From the NCBI GenBank assembly GCA_046735395.1, contig JBJKQR010000031.1, forward strand, positions 1 through 46,260: a stretch of 46,260 bases of DNA, in the 5' to 3' direction. This stretch comes from Fidelibacterota bacterium (lineage in GTDB: Bacteria > Fidelibacterota > Fidelibacteria > Fidelibacterales > DSDE01). The position numbers and the translations under genes are program-made. This document shows, one piece after another, positions 44,888 to 46,260 of the stretch (its first letter is position 1; each line of letters starts with the position of its first letter). The notes below the pieces were generated by a model. The model searched no databases. It was not told the origin of the DNA and was given only the letters and a program-made list of their open reading frames with translations.

Positions 44888-45712
44888 TTATTCTGTGTCA
44901 GGAAGGGGAATCAGCGGGGTCAGACCGCCCCGGGCCATCTCGCCCGGCTTGGCCTCCGGGAAGAAGGCGAGCCGGTCTTTTGTGACAGTTTCACTTTCCT
45001 CTTTCAGAAGCCGGGTGCCGTCCGGATAATAAATGACGGTCATGATTCTGCGCAGGCTGTCACTGATATTGGCGTCTGCGGCGTGGAGGGTCCATCCGTT
45101 ATGAAACACCGCATCGCCGGCTTCGAGCTGCCGGGCCTGCCATATATGTGAAGCGCGCGTTTCGGTATACTGTCCGAAGAATCGCTGTGATTCATCGGAA
45201 ATGGTCAGGTCTGAAAGAGCCTTCCCGCGGTGAGAACCCTGAAGATATTTCATCAGGCCATCGTCCCGGTTGACCGAGTCCAGCGGCATCCACATGGTGA
45301 GGGCATTCACCGTGTCCAAAGGCCAGTAGACCTGATCCTGATGCCAGGGTGTGAGGCCGCCGCCTGCTTCCTTGAACAGGGCCTGATCATGATAGAGCCG
45401 CAGGGGTGCCTCACCGGACAGCTGGGCGGCAATTCCGGCACAGCGCTGCGACAGGACAAATTGTTTAATAAGCGGATCCTCACGCCAGAGATTTGCTTTC
45501 TGCAGAAAAGCCCGGCCATAGGTTGAGCGGTCTTTCAGGGGCGGACGCTTCTGTGAATAGTCGGCCATCAGGGCGGATATCCGGTCACGAACCGGCGCCA
45601 GCTCCTCTTCCTGAAATATTTTCTTGATCAGGATAAAACCGTTTCGCCGATATTGTTCAATCAATTCGGGGCAAACTTTATACGGGATTTCAAAACAGGA
45701 GGTCTGGGCCAT
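44888..45712 (-). CDS. Phytanoyl-CoA dioxygenase (PhyH) family 2OG-Fe(II) oxygenase
   Basis: YRRNGF, HDQALFKE, TPWHQD, WMPLD, GSH, GDAVFH..TLH and RR motifs. Confidence 0.88.
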   Translation of the reverse strand: MAQTSCFEIPYKVCPELIEQYRRNGFILIKKIFQEEELAPVRDRISALMADYSQKRPPLKDRSTYGRAFLQKANLWREDPLIKQFVLSQRCAGIAAQLSGEAPLRLYHDQALFKEAGGGLTPWHQDQVYWPLDTVNALTMWMPLDSVNRDDGLMKYLQGSHRGKALSDLTISDESQRFFGQYTETRASHIWQARQLEAGDAVFHNGWTLHAADANISDSLRRIMTVIYYPDGTRLLKEESETVTKDRLAFFPEAKPGEMARGGLTPLIPLPDTE

Positions 45713-45726
45713 GGGAATTCCTGATT

Positions 45727-46260
45727 TTACTTCCTGCTCAGACAGAGACCGGCGATATCGTCGCGGGCCTGAAACAGGGCGTCCCAGGCATTGAAGGCAT
45801 ATTCTCCGAAAAGTGCTTCGGGTGCCGCTGCCGCCTGCGCGGGAATTTCAATATTGAAGATGGTCTCAATATTATTATGACAGAGGTCCTGAATCCGGGC
45901 CTCGGGGAGGCCATTGGCTGCCAGAAGTTTCGGGATACAGGCCATGATGGGAAATCCGGGTATGCCGGATGCATAATTCTGTTTCTTCGCTGCCAGAGTG
46001 TGGGGTGCGTGGTCACTTTCGATCCAGTCGATATGGCCGGCTTTCAGGTGCTCCATCATCTGTTCCGCCATGGATGCGTCACGAATAGGCGGGTTGACTT
46101 TCAAAAGGATATCCTCCGGTTTCTGCATCAGTCCCGTGTTCAGGAAAAGGTGGTGGGGCGTAATGCCGCAGCTTATCCTGAGCTGTGAATGCTGTTTATG
46201 ATGGAGAATGAGATCAACGGATTCGGGGACGGAAACATGGGCAATGTGCAGCGTTCCCCT
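45727..46260 (-). CDS. pyrC: Dihydroorotase/amidohydrolase, C-terminal part (runs off the window)
   Basis: Frame is open to the window edge; LHIAHVS, CGITPHHLFL, KVNPPIR, SDHAPH and SGIPG motifs. Confidence 0.75.
   Translation of the reverse strand, partial: RGTLHIAHVSVPESVDLILHHKQHSQLRISCGITPHHLFLNTGLMQKPEDILLKVNPPIRDASMAEQMMEHLKAGHIDWIESDHAPHTLAAKKQNYASGIPGFPIMACIPKLLAANGLPEARIQDLCHNNIETIFNIEIPAQAAAAPEALFGEYAFNAWDALFQARDDIAGLCLSRK

Overview
Bacterial chromosomal window, mostly GC-moderate housekeeping DNA with one clearly AT-rich island at about 25.95-30.43 kb. Two proteins ending in 'YPNPFNPxT...YLK' sorting domains and a BatA-domain protein point to an FCB-superphylum lineage (Marinimicrobia/Calditrichota/Ignavibacteria-like); this assignment is inference only. 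The window holds tRNA-Asp and about 37 CDSs. Many are DNA-repair genes: ssb, a YprB/MrfB-like exonuclease, nth, tag, xth, and a 2034-aa single-chain AddA-AddB helicase-nuclease fusion. Others include crcB, hflX, asnB, PBP1A, queG, panE, blc, a partial dihydroorotase, and an ECF sigma/anti-sigma/exported-protein trio. The points most worth follow-up are: (1) the AddAB fusion; (2) an integrase-less AT-rich island whose cargo (beta-barrel, broken secreted protein, vapBC) is separated by shared hairpin/REP-like repeat blocks; (3) a structured, 6S-like candidate ncRNA at about 6494-6659; (4) repeated leaderless-type starts, including an 11-aa uORF coupled to the BatA gene, and a probable CTG start for hflX; (5) a prenol kinase-DUF92 (VTE5-VTE6-like) fusion; (6) a secreted protein carrying two unrelated nuclease folds. 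All calls come from motif recognition by eye; no database searches were run.
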